DNA from: Eledone cirrhosa
Lineage: Eukaryota
Assembly: GCA_964016885.1 (NCBI GenBank)
Contig: OZ024743.1
Location: 206,274,001 to 206,338,000 of the forward strand
Reading direction: 5' to 3'
DNA: 64,000 nt
The notes under the pieces were generated by a model that was given only the letters and a program-made list of their open reading frames with translations, did no database searches and was not told the origin of the DNA. The position numbers and the translations under genes were made by a program. Below are positions 26,001 to 41,000 of the stretch, piece by piece (position 1 is the first letter of the stretch; every line of letters begins with the position of its first letter).

Positions 26001-29000
26001 TTATCTCCCCCTGATTTTTTTTTTACAAATTATCTCCCCCCGATTTTTTTACAAATTATCTCCCCCTGATTTTTTTTACAAATTATCTCCGCCTGATTTT
26101 TTAAAGTATTATCTTCCCTTGGCTGGCGGGAAATTATCTCCCCTTGGACGGCTGGAAATTATCTCCCGTTGGAAGGATGGAAATTATCTCCCCTTGGACG
26201 GCTGGAAATTATCTCCCATTGCACTGCTGGAAATTATCTCGCCTTGGACGGCTGGAAATTATCTGCCCTTGATTTTGTTTTTACAAATTATCTTCCCCTG
26301 ATTTTTTTTACAAATTATCTCCACCTGATTTTTTAAAAAATTATCTCCCCTTGGACGGCTGGAAATTATCTCCCCTTGGCTGGAAATTATCTCCCTTTGG
26401 CTGGCTGGAAATTATCTCCCCCTGATATTTTTTTACAAATTAGCTCCCCCTGATTTTTTTTTACAAATTATCTCCCCCTGATTTTTTTCACAAATTATCT
26501 CCCCCTGATTTTTTTTACAAATTATCTCCTCTGATTTAAAAAAAAAAATTATCTCCCCTTGGACGGCTGGAAATTATCTCCCCTTGGACGGCTGGAAATT
26601 ATCGCCCCCTGATTTGTTTTAACAAATTATCTCCACCTGATTTTTTTACAAATCATCTCCGCCTGATTTTTTAAAAAAATTATCTCCCTTGGCTTGCTGG
26701 AAATTATCTCCCCTTGGACGGCTATAAATTATCTCTCCTTCGACGGCTGGAAATTATCTCCACTTGATTTTTTTACAAATTATCTCCCCGTGATTTTTTT
26801 TTACCAATCTACCCCTGATTTAAAAAAAAAAATTATCTCCCCTTCGCTGGCTGGAAATTATCTCCCCTTGGACGGCTGGAAATTATCTCCCCTTGATTTT
26901 TTTTACAAATTATCTCCCCCTGATTTTTTTTTACAAATTATCTCTCCCTGATTTTTTTTTTTACAAATTATCTCCGCCTGATTTTTTAAAAATTATCTCT
27001 CCTTGGCTGGATGGAAATCATCTCCCCCTGATTTTTTTTACAAATTATCTCCCCTTGCACGGCTGGAAATTATCTCCCCTTGGACGGCTGGAAATTATCT
27101 CCCGTTGGCTGCAAATTATCTCCCCTTGGACGGCTAGAAATTACCTCTCTTTGGACGGCTGGAAATTATCTCCCCTTGATTTTTTTTTACAAATTATCTA
27201 CCCCTGATTTTTTTACAAATCTCCCAGTGATTTTTTAAAAAAAATTATCTCCCCTTCGCTGGCTGGAAATTATCTCCCCTTGGACGCTGGAAATTATAGC
27301 CCCTTGGAGGGCTGGAAATTATCTTCCCTTGGACGGCTGGAAATTATCTCCCCCTGATTTTTTTTTACAAATTATCTCCCCGATTTTTTTCTACAAATTA
27401 TCTCCCCCTGATTTTTTTTTTACAAATTATCTCCGCCTGATTTTTTAAAAAAAATTATCTCCCCTTGGACGGCTGGAAATTATCTCCCCTTGGACGGCTG
27501 GAAATTATCTCCCCTAGGACGGCTAGAAATTACCTCTCCTTGGACGGCTGAAAATTATCTCCCCTTGGACGGCTGGAAATTATCTCCCCTTGATTTTTTT
27601 ACAAATTATCTCCCTCTGATTTTTTTTTACAAATTATCTCCCCCTGATTTTTTTTTACAAATTATCTCCCCCTGATTTTTTTTTACAAATTATCTCCCCC
27701 TGAATTTTTTACAAATTATCTCCCCTTGGCTGGCTGGCAATTATCTCCCCTTGGAGGTTGGAATTTATCTCCCCTTGGACGGCTGGAAATTATCTCCCCT
27801 TGGACGGCTAGAAATTACCTCTCCTTGTACGGCTGGAAATTATCTCCCCTTGAACGGCTGGAAATTATCTCCCCTTGGACGGCTGGAAATTATCTCCCCT
27901 TGGACGGCTGGAAATTACCTCTCCTTGGACGGCTGGAAATTATCTCCCCTTGGACGGCTGGAAATTATCTCCCCTTGGACGGCTGGAAATTATTTCCCCT
28001 TGATTTTTTTTACAAATTATCTACCCCTGATTTTTTTTACAAATCTCCCCCTAATTTAAAAAAAAATTATCTCCCCTTCGCTGGCTGGAAATTATCTCCC
28101 TTTGGACGGCTTGAAATTATAGCTGCTTGTAGGGCTGGAAATTATCTCCCCTTGGACGGCTGGAAATTACCTCTCCTTGGACGGCTGAAAATTATCTCCC
28201 CTTGGACGGCTGGAAATTATCTCCCCCTGATTTTTTTTTTTAAATTATCTCCCCTTGGCTGGATGGAAATTTTCTCCCCTTGGACGGCTGGAAATTATCT
28301 CCCCTTTATGTTTTCTACAAATTATCTACCCCTGATTTTTTTTTTACAAATTATCTCTCCCTGATTTTTTTTACAAATATCTCCCCTTGGCTGGCTGGAA
28401 ATTATCTCCCCTTGGCTGGCTGGAAATTATCTCCCCTTGGACGGCTGGAAATTATCTCCCCTTGGACGCCTAGAAATCACCTCTACTTGGACAGCTGTAA
28501 ATTATCTCCCCTTGGACGGCTGGAAATTATCTCGCCTTGGACGGCTGGAAATTATCTCCCCTTGATTTTGTATACAAATTATCACCCCCTGATTTTTTTT
28601 TTACAAATTATCTGCCCCTGATTATTTTTTTACAAATTAGCTCCGCCTGATTTTTTTAAAAAATTATCTCCCCTTGGACGGCTGGAAATTATCTCCCCTT
28701 GGACGGCTGGAAATTATCTCCCCTTGGACGGCTGGAAATTATCTCCCCTTGATTTTTTTACAAATTATCTCCCCCTGATTTTTTTTTTACAAATTATCTC
28801 CGCCTGATTTTTTTTAAAAATTATCTCCCCTTGGACGGCTGGAAATTATCTCCCCTTGGACGGCTGGAAATTATCTCCCCTTGATTTTTTTTTCCAAATT
28901 ATCTCCCCCTGATTTTTTTTTACAAATTATCTACCCCTGATTTTTTTTACAAATTATCTCCCCCTAATTTTTTTTACAAATTATCTCCCCCTGATTTTTT

Positions 29001-32000
29001 TTTACAAATTATCTCCCCCCGATTTTTTTACAAATTATCTCCCCCTGATTTTTTTTACAAATTATCTCCGCCTGATTTTTTTTAATATTATCTTCCCTTG
29101 GCTGGCGGGAAATTATCTCCCCTTGGACGGCTGGAAATTATCTCCCCTTGGAAGGATGGAAATTATCTCCCCTTGGACGGCTGGAAATTATCTCCCCTTG
29201 GACGGCTGGAAATTATCTGCCCTTGATTTTGTTTTTACAAATTATCTTCCCCTGATTTTTTTACAAATTATCTCCACCTGATTTTTAAAAAAATTATCTC
29301 CCCTTGGACGGCTGGAAATTATCTCCCCTTGGCTGGAAATTATCTCCCCTTGGACGGCTAGAAATTATCTCTCTTTGGACGGCTGGAAATTATCTCCCCT
29401 TGATTTTTTTTACAAATTATCTCCCCCTGATTTTTTTTACAAATCTCCCAGTGATTTTTTAAAAAAAATTATCTCCCCTTCGCTGGCTGGAAATTATCTC
29501 CCCTTGGACGCTGGAAATTATAGCCCCTTGGAGGGCTGGAAGTTATCTTCCCTTGGAGGGCTGGAAATTATCTTCCCTTGGACGGCTAGAAATTTCCTCT
29601 CCTTGGACGGCTGAAAATTATCTCTCCTTGGACGGCTGGAAATTATCTCCCCTTGATTTTTTTTACAAATTATCTCCCCCTGATTTTTTTTTCAAATTAT
29701 CTCCCCCTGATTTTTTTTTTACAAATTATCTCCCCTTGGACGGCTGGAAATTATCTCCCCTTGGACGGCTGGAAATTATCTTCCCTTGGACGGCTAGAAA
29801 TTACCTCTCCTTGGACGGCTGAAAATTATCTCCCCTTGGACGGCTGGAAATTATCTCCCCTTTATGTCTTCTACAAATTATCTACCCCTGATTTTATTTT
29901 ACAAATTATCTCTCCCTGATTTTTTTTACAAATATCTCCCCTTGGTTGGCTGGAAATTATCTCCCCTTGGCTGGCTGGAAATTATCTCCCCTTGGACGCC
30001 TAGAAATTACCTCTCCTTGGACAGCTGTAAATTATCTCCCCTTGGACGGCTGGAAATTATCTCGCCTTGGACGGCTGGAAATTATCTCCCCTTGATTTTG
30101 TATACAAATTATCTCCCCCTGATTTTTTTTTACAAATTATCTGCCCCTGATTATTTATTTTACAAATTAGCTCCGCCTGATTTTTTTTTAAAATTATCTC
30201 CCCTTGGACGGCTGGAAATTATCTCCCCTTGGACGGCTGGAAATTATCTCCCCTTGATTTTTTTACAAATTATCTCCCCCTGATTTTTTTTTTACAAATT
30301 ATCTCCCCCTGATTTTTTTTTACAAATTATCTCCCCCTGTTTTTTTTTACAAATTATTTCACCCTGATTTTTTTACAAATTATCTCCCCCTGATTTTTTT
30401 TACAAATTATCACCGCCTGATTTTTTTAAATATGATCTTCCCTTGGCTGGCGGAAAATTATCTCCCCTTGGACGCCTGGAAATTATCTCCCCTTGGAAGG
30501 ATGGAAATTATCTCCCCTTGGACGGCTGGAAATTATCTCCCCTTGCACTGCTGGAAATTATCTCCCCTTGGACGGCTGGAAATTATCTGCCCTTGATTTT
30601 GATTTTACAAATTATCTTCCCCTGATTTTTTTTACAAATTATTTCCACCTGATTTTTTAAAAAATTATCTCCCCTTGGACGGCTGGAAATTATCTCCCCT
30701 TGGCTGGAAATTATCTCCCCTTGGACGATTAGAAATTATCTCTCTTTGGACGGCTGGAAATTATCTCCCCTTGATTTTTTTTACAAATTATCTCCCCCTG
30801 ATTTTTTTTACAAATCTCCCAGTGATTTTTAAAAAAAAATTATCTCCCCTTCGCTGGCTGGAAATTATCTCCCCTTGGACGCTGGAAATTATAGCCCCTT
30901 GGAGGGCTGGAAGTTATCTTCCCTTGGAGGGCTGGAAATTATCTTCCCTTGGACGGCTGGAAATTATCTCCCCTTGATTTTTTTTACAAATTATCTCCCC
31001 CTGATTTATTTTTACAAATTATCTCCCCCTGATTTTTTTTTTACCAATTATCTCCACCTGATTTTTTTAAAAATTATTTCCCCTTGGACGGCTGGAAATT
31101 ATCTCCCCTTGGACGGCTGGAAATTATCTCCCCTTGGACGGCTAGAAATTACCTCTCCTTGGACGGCTGAAAATTATCTCCCCTTGGACGGCTGGAAATT
31201 ATCTCCCCTTGATTTTTTTTACAAATTATCTCCCCCTGATTTTTTTTTACAAATTATCTCCCCCTGATTTTTTTTTACAAATTATCTCCCCCTGATTTTT
31301 TTTTACAAATTATCTCCTGATTTTTTTTACAAATTATCTCCCCTTGGCTGGCTGGAAATTATCTCCCCTTGGAGGCTGGAAATTATCTCCCCTTGGACGG
31401 CTAGAAATTACCTCTCCTTGGACGGCTGGAAATTATCTGCCCTTGGACGGCTGGAAATTATCTCTCCTTGGACGGCTGGAAATTATCTGCCCTTGGACGG
31501 CTGGAAATTATATCCCCTTGGACGGCTGGAAATTATTTCCCCTTGATTTTTTTTACAAATTATCTCCCCCTGATTTTTTTTTACAAATCTCCCCCTAATT
31601 TAAAAAAAAATTATCTCCCCTTCGCTGGCTGGAAATTATCTTCCTTTGGACGGTTGGAAATTATAGCCGCTTGTAGGGCTGGAAATTATCTCCCCTTGGA
31701 CGGCTGGGAATTATCTCCCCTTGATTTTTTTACTAATTATCTCACCCTGATTTTTTTTTACAAATTATCTCCGCCTCATTTTTTAAAAAAAATTATCTCC
31801 CCTTGGCTGGATGGAAATTATCTCCCCTTGGACGGCTGGAAATTATCTCCCATTGATTTCTTCTACAAATCATCTACCCCTGATTTTTTTTTTACAAATT
31901 ATCTCTCCCTGATTTTTTTTTACAAATATCTCCCCTTGGCTGGCTGGAAATTATCTCCCGTTGGCTGGCTGGAAATTATCTCCCCTTGGACGGCTGGAAA

Positions 32001-35000
32001 TTATCTCCCATTGATTTTTTTTACAAATTATCTCCCCTTGGCTGGCTGGAAATTATCTCCCCTTGGCTGGCTGGAAATTATCTCCCCCTGATATTTTTTT
32101 ACAAATTAGCTCCCCCTGATTTTTTTTTACAAATTATCTCCCCCTGATTTTTTTTTTTACAAATTATCTCCGCCTGATTTTTTTAAAATTATCTCCCCTT
32201 GGCTGGATGGAAATTATCTCCCCTTGGACGGCTGGAAATTATCTCCCCTTGGAAGGATCGAAATTATCTCCCCTTGGACGGCTGGAAATTATCTCCCCTT
32301 GCACGGCTGGAAATTATCTTCCCTTGGACGGCTAGAAATTACCTCTCCTTGGACGGCTGAAAATTATCTCCCCTTGGACGGCTGGAAATTATCTCCCCCT
32401 GATTTTTTTTACAAATTATCTCCCCTTGCACGGCTGGAAATTATCTCCCCTTGGACGGCTGGAAATTATCTGCCCTTGATTTTGTTTTTACAAATTATCT
32501 CCCCCTGATTTTTTTTACAAATTATCTCCACCTGATATTTAAAAAAATTATCTCCCCTTGGACGGCTGGAAATTATCTCCCCTTGGCTGGAAATTATCTC
32601 CCCTTGGACGATTAGAAATTATCTCTCTTTGGACGGCTGGAAATTATCTCCCCTTGATTTTTTTTACAAATTATCTCCCCCTGATTTTTTTTACAAATCT
32701 CTCAGTGATTTTTAAAAAAAAATTATCTCCCCTTCGCTGGCTGGAAATTACCTCCCCTTGGACGCTGGAAATTATAGCCCCTTGGAGGGCTGGAAATTAT
32801 CTTCCCTTGGACGGCTGGAAATTATCTCCCCTTGATTTTTTTTACATATTATCACCCCTGATTTTTTTTTACAAATTATCTCCCCCTGATTTTTTTTACA
32901 AATTATCTCCCCCTGATTTTTTTACAAATTATCTCCCCTTGGCTGGGTGGAAATTATCTCCCCTTGGAGGCTGGAATTTATCTCCCGTTGCACGGCTGGA
33001 AATTATCTTCCCTTGGACGGCTAGAAATTACCTCTCCTTGGACGGCTGAAAATTATCTCCCCTTGGACGGCTGGAAATTATCTCCCCCTGATTTTTTTTA
33101 CAAATTATCTCCCCTTGCACGGCTGGAAATTATCTCCCCTTGGACGGCTGGAAATTATCTGCCCTTGATTTTGTTTTTACAAATTATCTCCCCCTGATTT
33201 TTTTTACAAATTATCTGCCCCTGATTTTTTTTTTACAAATTATCTCCGCCTGATTTTTTTAAAAAATTATCTCCCCCTGGACGGCTGGAAATTATCTCCC
33301 CTTGGACGGCTGGAAATTATCTCCCCTTGATTTTTTTACAAATTATCTCCCCCTGATTTTTTTTTTACAAATTATCTCCGCCTGATTTTTTTTTTAAATT
33401 ATCTCCCCTTGGACGGCTGGAAATTATCTACCCTTGGACGGCTGGAAATTATCTCCCCTTGATTTTTTTTTCCAAATTATCTCCCCCTGATTTTTTTTTA
33501 CAAATTATCTACCCCTGATTTTTTTTTACAAATTATCTCCCCCTGATTTTTTTTACAAATTATCTCCCCCTGATTTTTTTTTTACAAATTATCTCCCCCC
33601 GATTTTTTTACAAATTATCTCCCCCTGATTTTTTTTACAAATTATCTCCGCCTGATTTTTTAAAGTATTATCTTCCCTTGGCTGGCGGGAAATTATCTCC
33701 CCTTGGACGGCTGGAAATTATCTCCCCTTGGAAGGATGGAAATTATCTCCCCTTGGACGGCTGGAAATTATCTCCCCTTGCACTGCTGGAAATTATCTCC
33801 CCTTGGACGGCTGGAAATTATCTGCCCTTGATTTTGTTTTTACAAATTATCTTCCCCTGATTTTTTTTACAAATTATCTCCACCTGATTTTTTAAAAAAT
33901 TATCTCCCCTTGGACGGCTGGAAATTATCTCCCCTTGGCTGGAAATTATCTCCCTTTGGCTGGCTGGAAATTATTTCCCCCTGATATTTTTTTACAAATT
34001 ATCTCCCCCTGATTTTTTTCACAAATTATCTCCCCCTGATTTTTTTTACAAATTATCTCCTCTGATTTAAAAAAAAAAATTATCTCCCCTTGGACGGCTG
34101 GAAATTATCGCCCCCTGATTTGTTTTAACAAATTATCTCCACCTGATTTTTTTACAAATCATCTCCGCCTGATTTTTTAAAAAAATTATCTCCCTTGGCT
34201 TGCTGGAAATTATCTCCCCTTGGACGGCTATAAATTATCTCTCCTTCGACGGCTGGAAATTATCTCCACTTGATTTTTTTACAAATTATCTCCCCGTGAT
34301 TTTTTTTTACCAATCTACGCCTGATTTAAAAAAAAAAATTATCTCCCCTTCGCTGGCTGGAAATTATCTCCCCTTGGACGGCTGGAAATTATCTCCCTTT
34401 GATTTTTTTTACAAATTATCTCCCCCTGATTTTTTTTTACAAATTATCTCCCCCTGATTTTTTTTTTTACAAATTATCTCCGCCAGATTTTTTTAAAATT
34501 ATCTCTCCTTGGCTGGATGGAAATCATCTCCCCCTGATTTTTTTTACAAATTATCTCCCCTTGCACGGCTGGAAATTATCTCCCCTTGGACGGCTGGAAA
34601 TTATCTCCCGTTGGCTGCAAATTATCTCCCCTTGGACGGCTAGAAATTACCTCTCTTTGGACGGCTGGAAATTATCTCCCCTTGATTTTTTTTACAAATT
34701 ATCTCCCCCTGATTTTTTTTAGAAATCTCCCAGTGATTTTTTTAAAAAAATTATCTCCCCTTCGCTGGCTGAAAATTATCTCCCCTTGGACGCTGGAAAT
34801 TATAGCCCCTTGGAGGGCTGTAAATTATCTCCCCTTGGACGGCTGGAAATTATCTCCCCTTGATTTTTTTACAAATTATCTCCCCCTGATTTTTTTTTTA
34901 CAAATTATCTCCGCCTGATTTTTTTTTAAAATTATCTCCCCTTGGACGGCTGGAAATTATCTCCCCTTGGACGGCTGGAAATTATCTCCCCTTGATTTTT

Positions 35001-38000
35001 TTTTCCAAATTATCTCCCCCTGATTTTTTTTTTACAAATTATCTACCCCTGATTTTTTTTTCAAATTATCTCCCCCTGATTTTTTTTACAAATTATCTCC
35101 CCCTGATTTTTTTTTACAAATTATCTCCCCCCGATTTTTTTACAAATTATCTCCCCCTGATTTTTTTTACAAATTATCTCCGCCTGATTTTTTTTAATAT
35201 TATCTTCCCTTGGCTGGCGGGAAATTATCTCCCCTTGGACGGCTGGAAATTATCTCCCCTTGGAAGGATGGAAATTATCTCCCCTTGGACGGCTGGAAAT
35301 TATCTCCCCTTGCACTGCTGGAAATTATCTCCCCTTGGACGGCTGGAATATATCTGCCCTTGATTTTGTTTTTACAAATTATCTTCCCCTGATTTTTTTA
35401 TAAATTATCTCCACCTGATTTTTTAAAAAATTATCTCCCCTTGGACGGCTGGAAATTATCTCCCCTTGGCTGGAAATTATCTCCCCTTGGACGGCTAGAA
35501 ATTATCTCTCTTTGGACGGCTGGAAATTATCTCCCCTTGGACGCTGGAAATTATAGCCCCTTGGAAGGCTGGAAGTTATCTTCCCTTGGAGGGCTGGAAA
35601 TTATCTTCCCTTGGACGGCTAGAAATTACCTCTCCTTGGACGGCTGAAAATTATCTCCCCTTGGACGGCTGGAAATTATCTCCCCTTGATTTTTTTTACA
35701 AATTATCTCCCCCTGATTATTTTTTACAAATTATCTCCCCCTGATTTTTTTTTACAAATTATCTCCCCTTGGACGGCTGGAAATTATCTCCCCTTGGACG
35801 GCTGGAAATTATCTCCCCTTGGACGGCTAGAAATTACCTCTCCTTGGACGGCTGAAAATTATCTCTCCTTGGACGGCTGGAAATTATCTCCCCTTTATGT
35901 CTTCTACAAATTATCTACCCCTGATTTTTTTTACAAATTATCTCTCCCTGATTTTTTTTACAAATATCTCCCCTTGATTGGCTGGAAATTATCTCCCCTT
36001 GGCTGGCTGGAAATTATCTCCCCTTGGACGGCTGGAAATTATCTCCCCTTGGACGCCTAGAAATTACCTCTCCTTGGACAGCTGTAAATTATCTCCCCTT
36101 GGACGCCTGGAAATTATCTCGCCTTGGACGGCTGGAAATTATATCCCCTTGATTTTGTATACAAATTATCTCCCCCTGATTTTTTTTACAAATTATCTGC
36201 CCCTGATTATTTTTTTACAAATTAGCTCCGCCTGATTTTTTTTAAAAATTATCTCCCCTTGGACGGCTGGAAATTATCTCCCCTTGGACGGCTGGAAATT
36301 ATCTCCCCTTGAACGGCTAGAAATTACCTCTCCTTGGACGGCTGAAAATTATCTCTCCTTGGACGGCTGGAAATTATCTCCCCTTGATTTTTTTACAAAT
36401 TATCTCCCCCTGATTTTTTTTTACAAATTATCTACCCCTGATTTTTTTTTCCAAATTATCTCCCCCTGATTTTTTTTTTACAAATTATCTCCCCCTGATT
36501 TTTTTTACAAATTATCTCCCCCTGATTTTTTTACAAATTATCTCCCCTTGGCTGGCTGGAAATTATCTCCCCTTGGAGGCTGGAATTTATCTCCCCTTGG
36601 ACGGCTGGAAATTATCTCCCCTTAGACGGCTAGAAATTACCTCTCTTTGGACGGCTGGAAATTATCTCCCCTTGAACGGCTGGAAATTATCTCCCCTTGG
36701 ACGGCTGGAAATTATCTCCCCTTGGACGGCTGGAAATTACCTCTCCTTGGACGGCTGGAAATTATCTCCCCTTGGACGGATGGAAATTATCTCCCCTTGG
36801 ACGGCTGGAAATTATTTCCCCTTGATTTTTTTTACAAATTATCTCCCCCTGATTTTTTTTACAAATATCCCCCTAATTTAAAAAAAAATTATCTCCCCTT
36901 CGCTGGCTGGAAATTATCTCCCTTTGGACGGCTGGAAATTATAGCTGCTTGTAGGGCTGGAAATTATCTCCCCTTGGACGGCTGGAAATTATCTCCCCTT
37001 CATTTTTTTACTAATTATCTCCCCCTGATTTTTTTTTACAAATTATCTCCGCCTGATTTTTTAAAAAAAATTATCTCCCCTTGGCTGGATGGAAATTTTC
37101 TCCCCTTGGACGGCTGGAAATTATGTCCCCTTTATGTCTTCTACAAATTATCTACCCCTGATTTTTTTTTTACAAATTATCTCTCCCTGATTTTTTTTAC
37201 AAATATCTACCCTTGGCTGGCTGGAAATTATCTCCCCTTGGACGGCTGGAAATTATCTCCCCTTGGACGCCTAGAAATTACCTCTCCTTGGACAGCTGTA
37301 AATTATCTCCCCTTGGACGGCTGGAAATTATCTCGCCTTGGACGGCTGGAAATTATCTCCCCTTGATTTTGTATACAAATTATCTCCCCCTGATTTTTTT
37401 TTACAAATTATCTGCCCCTGATTATTTATTTTACAAATTAGCTCCGCCTGATTTTTTTTTTAAATTATCTCCCCTTGGACGGCTGGAAATTATCTCCCCT
37501 TGGACGGCTGGAAATTATCTCCCCTTGGACGGCTGGAAATTACCTCCCCTTGATTTTTTTACAAATTATCTCCCCCAGATTTTTTTTTTACAAATTATCT
37601 CCCCCTGATTTTTTTTACAAATTATCTCCCCCTGTTTTTTTTTACAAATTATTTCACCCTGATTTTTTTACAAATTATCTCCTCCTGATTTTTTTTACAA
37701 ATTATCTCCGCCTGATTTTTTTAAATATGATCTTCCCTTGGCTGGCGGAAAATCATCTCCCCTTGGACGCCTGGAAATTATCTCCCCTTGGAAGGATGGA
37801 AATTATCTCCCCTTGGACGGCTGGAAATTATCTCCCCTTGCACTGCTGGAAATTATCTCCCCTTGGACGGCTGGAAATTATATGCCCTTGATTTTGATTT
37901 TACAAATTATCTTCCCCTGATTTTTTTAGCAAATTATTTCCACCTGATTTTTTAAAAAATTATCTCCCCTTGGACGGCTGGAAATTATCTCCCCTTGGCT

Positions 38001-41000
38001 GGAAATTATCTCCCCTTGGACGATTAGAAATTATCTCTCTTTGGACGGCTGGAAATTATCTCCCCTTGATTTTTTTTACAAATTATCACCCCCTGATTTT
38101 TTTTACAAATCTCCCAGTGATTTTTTTAAAAAAATTATCTCCCCTTCGCTGGCTGGAAATTATCTCCCCTTGGACGCTGGAAATTATAGCCCCTTGGAGG
38201 GCTGGAAGTTATCTTCCCTTGGAGGGCTGGAAATTATCTTCCCTTGGACGGCTGGAAATTATCTCCCCTTGATTTTTTTTACAAATTATCTCCCCCTGAT
38301 TTTTTTTTACAAATTATCTCCCCCTGATTTTTTTTTTACCAATTATCTCCTACTGATTTTTTTAAAAATTATTTCCCCTTGGACGGCTGGAAATTATCTC
38401 CCCTTGGACGGCTGGAAATTATCTCCCCTTGGACGGCTAGAAATTACCTCTCCTTGGACGGCTGAAAATTATCTCCCCTTGGACGGCTGGAAATTATCTC
38501 CCCTTGATTTTTTTTACAAATTATCTCCCCCTGATTTTTTTTTACAAATTATCTCCCCCTGATTTTTTTTTACAAATTATCTCCCACTGATTTTTTTTTA
38601 CAAATTATCTCCTGATTTTTTTTACAAATTATCTCCCCTTGGCTGGCTGGAAATTATCTCCCCTTGGAGGCTGGAAATTATCTCCCCTTGGACGGCTAGA
38701 AATTACCTCTCCTTGGACGGCTGGAAATTATCTGCCCTTGGACGGCTGGAAATTATCTCTCCTTGGACGGCTGGAAATTATCTGCCCTTGGACGGCTGGA
38801 AATTATCTCCCCTTGGACGGCTGGAAATTATTTCCCCTTGATTTTTTTTACAAATTATCTCCACCTGATTTTTTTTTACAAATCTCCCCCTAATTTTAAA
38901 AAAAATTATCTCCCCTTCGCTGGCTGGAAATTATCTTCCTTTGGACGGTTGGAAATTATAGCCGCTTGTAGGGCTGGAAATTATCTCCCCTTGGACGGCT
39001 GGGAATTATCTGCCCTTGATTTTTTTACTAATTATCTCACCCTGATTTTTTTTTACAAATTATCTCCGCCTCATTTTTAAAAAAAAATTATCTCCCCTTG
39101 GCTGGATGGAAATTATCTCCCCTTGGACGGCTGGAAATTATCTCCCATTGATTTCTTCTACAAATTATCTACACCTGATTTTTTTTTTACAAATTATCTC
39201 TCCCTGATTTTTTTTTACAAATATCTCCCCTTGGCTGGCTGGAAATTATCTCCCGTTGGCTGGCTGGAAATTATCTCCCCTTGGACGGCTGGAAATTATC
39301 TCCCATTGATTTTTTTTACAAATTATCTCCCCTTGGCTGGCTGGAAATTATCTCCCCTTGGCTGGCTGGAAATTATCTCCCCCTGATATTTTTTTACAAA
39401 TTAGCTCCCCCTGATTTTTTTTTACAAATTATCTCCCCCTGATTTTTTTTTTTACAAATTATCTCCGCCTGATTTTTTTAAAATTATCTCCCCTTGGCTG
39501 GATGGAAATTATCTCCCCTTGGACGGCTGGAAATTATCTCCCCTTGGAAGGATCGAAATTATCTCCCCTTGGACGGCTGGAAATTATCTCCCCTTGCACG
39601 GCTGGAAATTATCTCCCCTTGGACGGCTAGAAATTACCTCTCCTTGGACGGCTGAAAATTATCTCCCCTTGGACGGCTGGAAATTATCTCCCCCTGATTT
39701 TTTTTACAAATTATCTCCCCTTGCACGGCTGGAAATTATCTCCCCTTGGACGGCTGGAAATTATCTGCCCTTGATTTTGTTTTTACAAATTATCTCCCCC
39801 TGATTTTTTTTACAAATTATCTCCACCTGATATTTAAAAAAATTATCTCCCCTTGGACGGCTGGAAATTATCTCCCCTTGGCTGGAAATTATCTCCCCTT
39901 GGACGATTAGAAATTATCTCTCTTTGGACGGCTGGAAATTATCTCCCCTTGATTTTTTTTACAAATTATCTCCCCCTGATTTTTTTTACAAATCTCCCAG
40001 TGATTTTTTAAAAAAAATTATCTCCCCTTCGCTGGCTGGAAATTACCTCCCCTTGGACGCTGGAAATTATAGCCCCTTGGAGGGCTGGAAATTATCTTCC
40101 CTTGGACGGCTGGAAATTATCTCCCCTTGATTTTTTTTACATATTATCACCCCTGATTTTTTTTTACAAATTATCTCCCCCTGATTTTTTTTACAAATTA
40201 TCTCCCCCTGATTTTTTTACAAATTATCTCCCCTTGGCTGGGTGGAAATTATCTCCCCTTGGAGGCTGGAATTTATCTCCCCTTGGACGGCTGGAAATTA
40301 TCTCCCCTTGGACGGCTAGAAATTATCTCCCCTTGAACGGCTGGAAATTATCTCCCCTTGGACGGCTGGAAATTATCTCCCCTTGGAAGGATGGAAATTA
40401 TCTCCCCTTGGACGGCTGGAAATTATCTCCCCTTGCACGGCTGGAAATTATCTTCCCTTGGACGGCTAGAAATTACCTCTCCTTGGACGGCTGAAAATTA
40501 TCTCCCCTTGGACGGCTGGAAATTATCTCCCCCTGATTTTTTTTACAAATTATCTGCCCTTGCACGGCTGGAAATTATCTCACCTTGGACGGATGGAAAT
40601 TATCTGCCCTTGATTTTGTTTTTACAAATGATCTCCCCCTGATTTTTTTTACAAATTATCTGCCCCTGATTTTTTTTTTACAAATTATCTCCGCCTGATT
40701 TTTTTTAAAAATTATCTCCCCTTGGACGGCTGGAAATTATCTCCCCTTGGACGGCTGGAAATTATCTCCCCTTGATTTTTTTACAAATTATCTCCGCCTG
40801 ATTTTTTTTTTACAAATTATCTCCGCCTGATTTTTTTTTAAAATTATCTCCCCTTGGACGGCTGGAAATTATCTCCCCTTGGACGGCTGGAAATTATCTC
40901 CCCTTGATTTTTTTTTCCAAATTATCTCCCCCTGATTTTTTTTTACAAATTATCTACCCCTGATTTTTTTTATACAAATTATCTCCCCCTGATTTTTTTT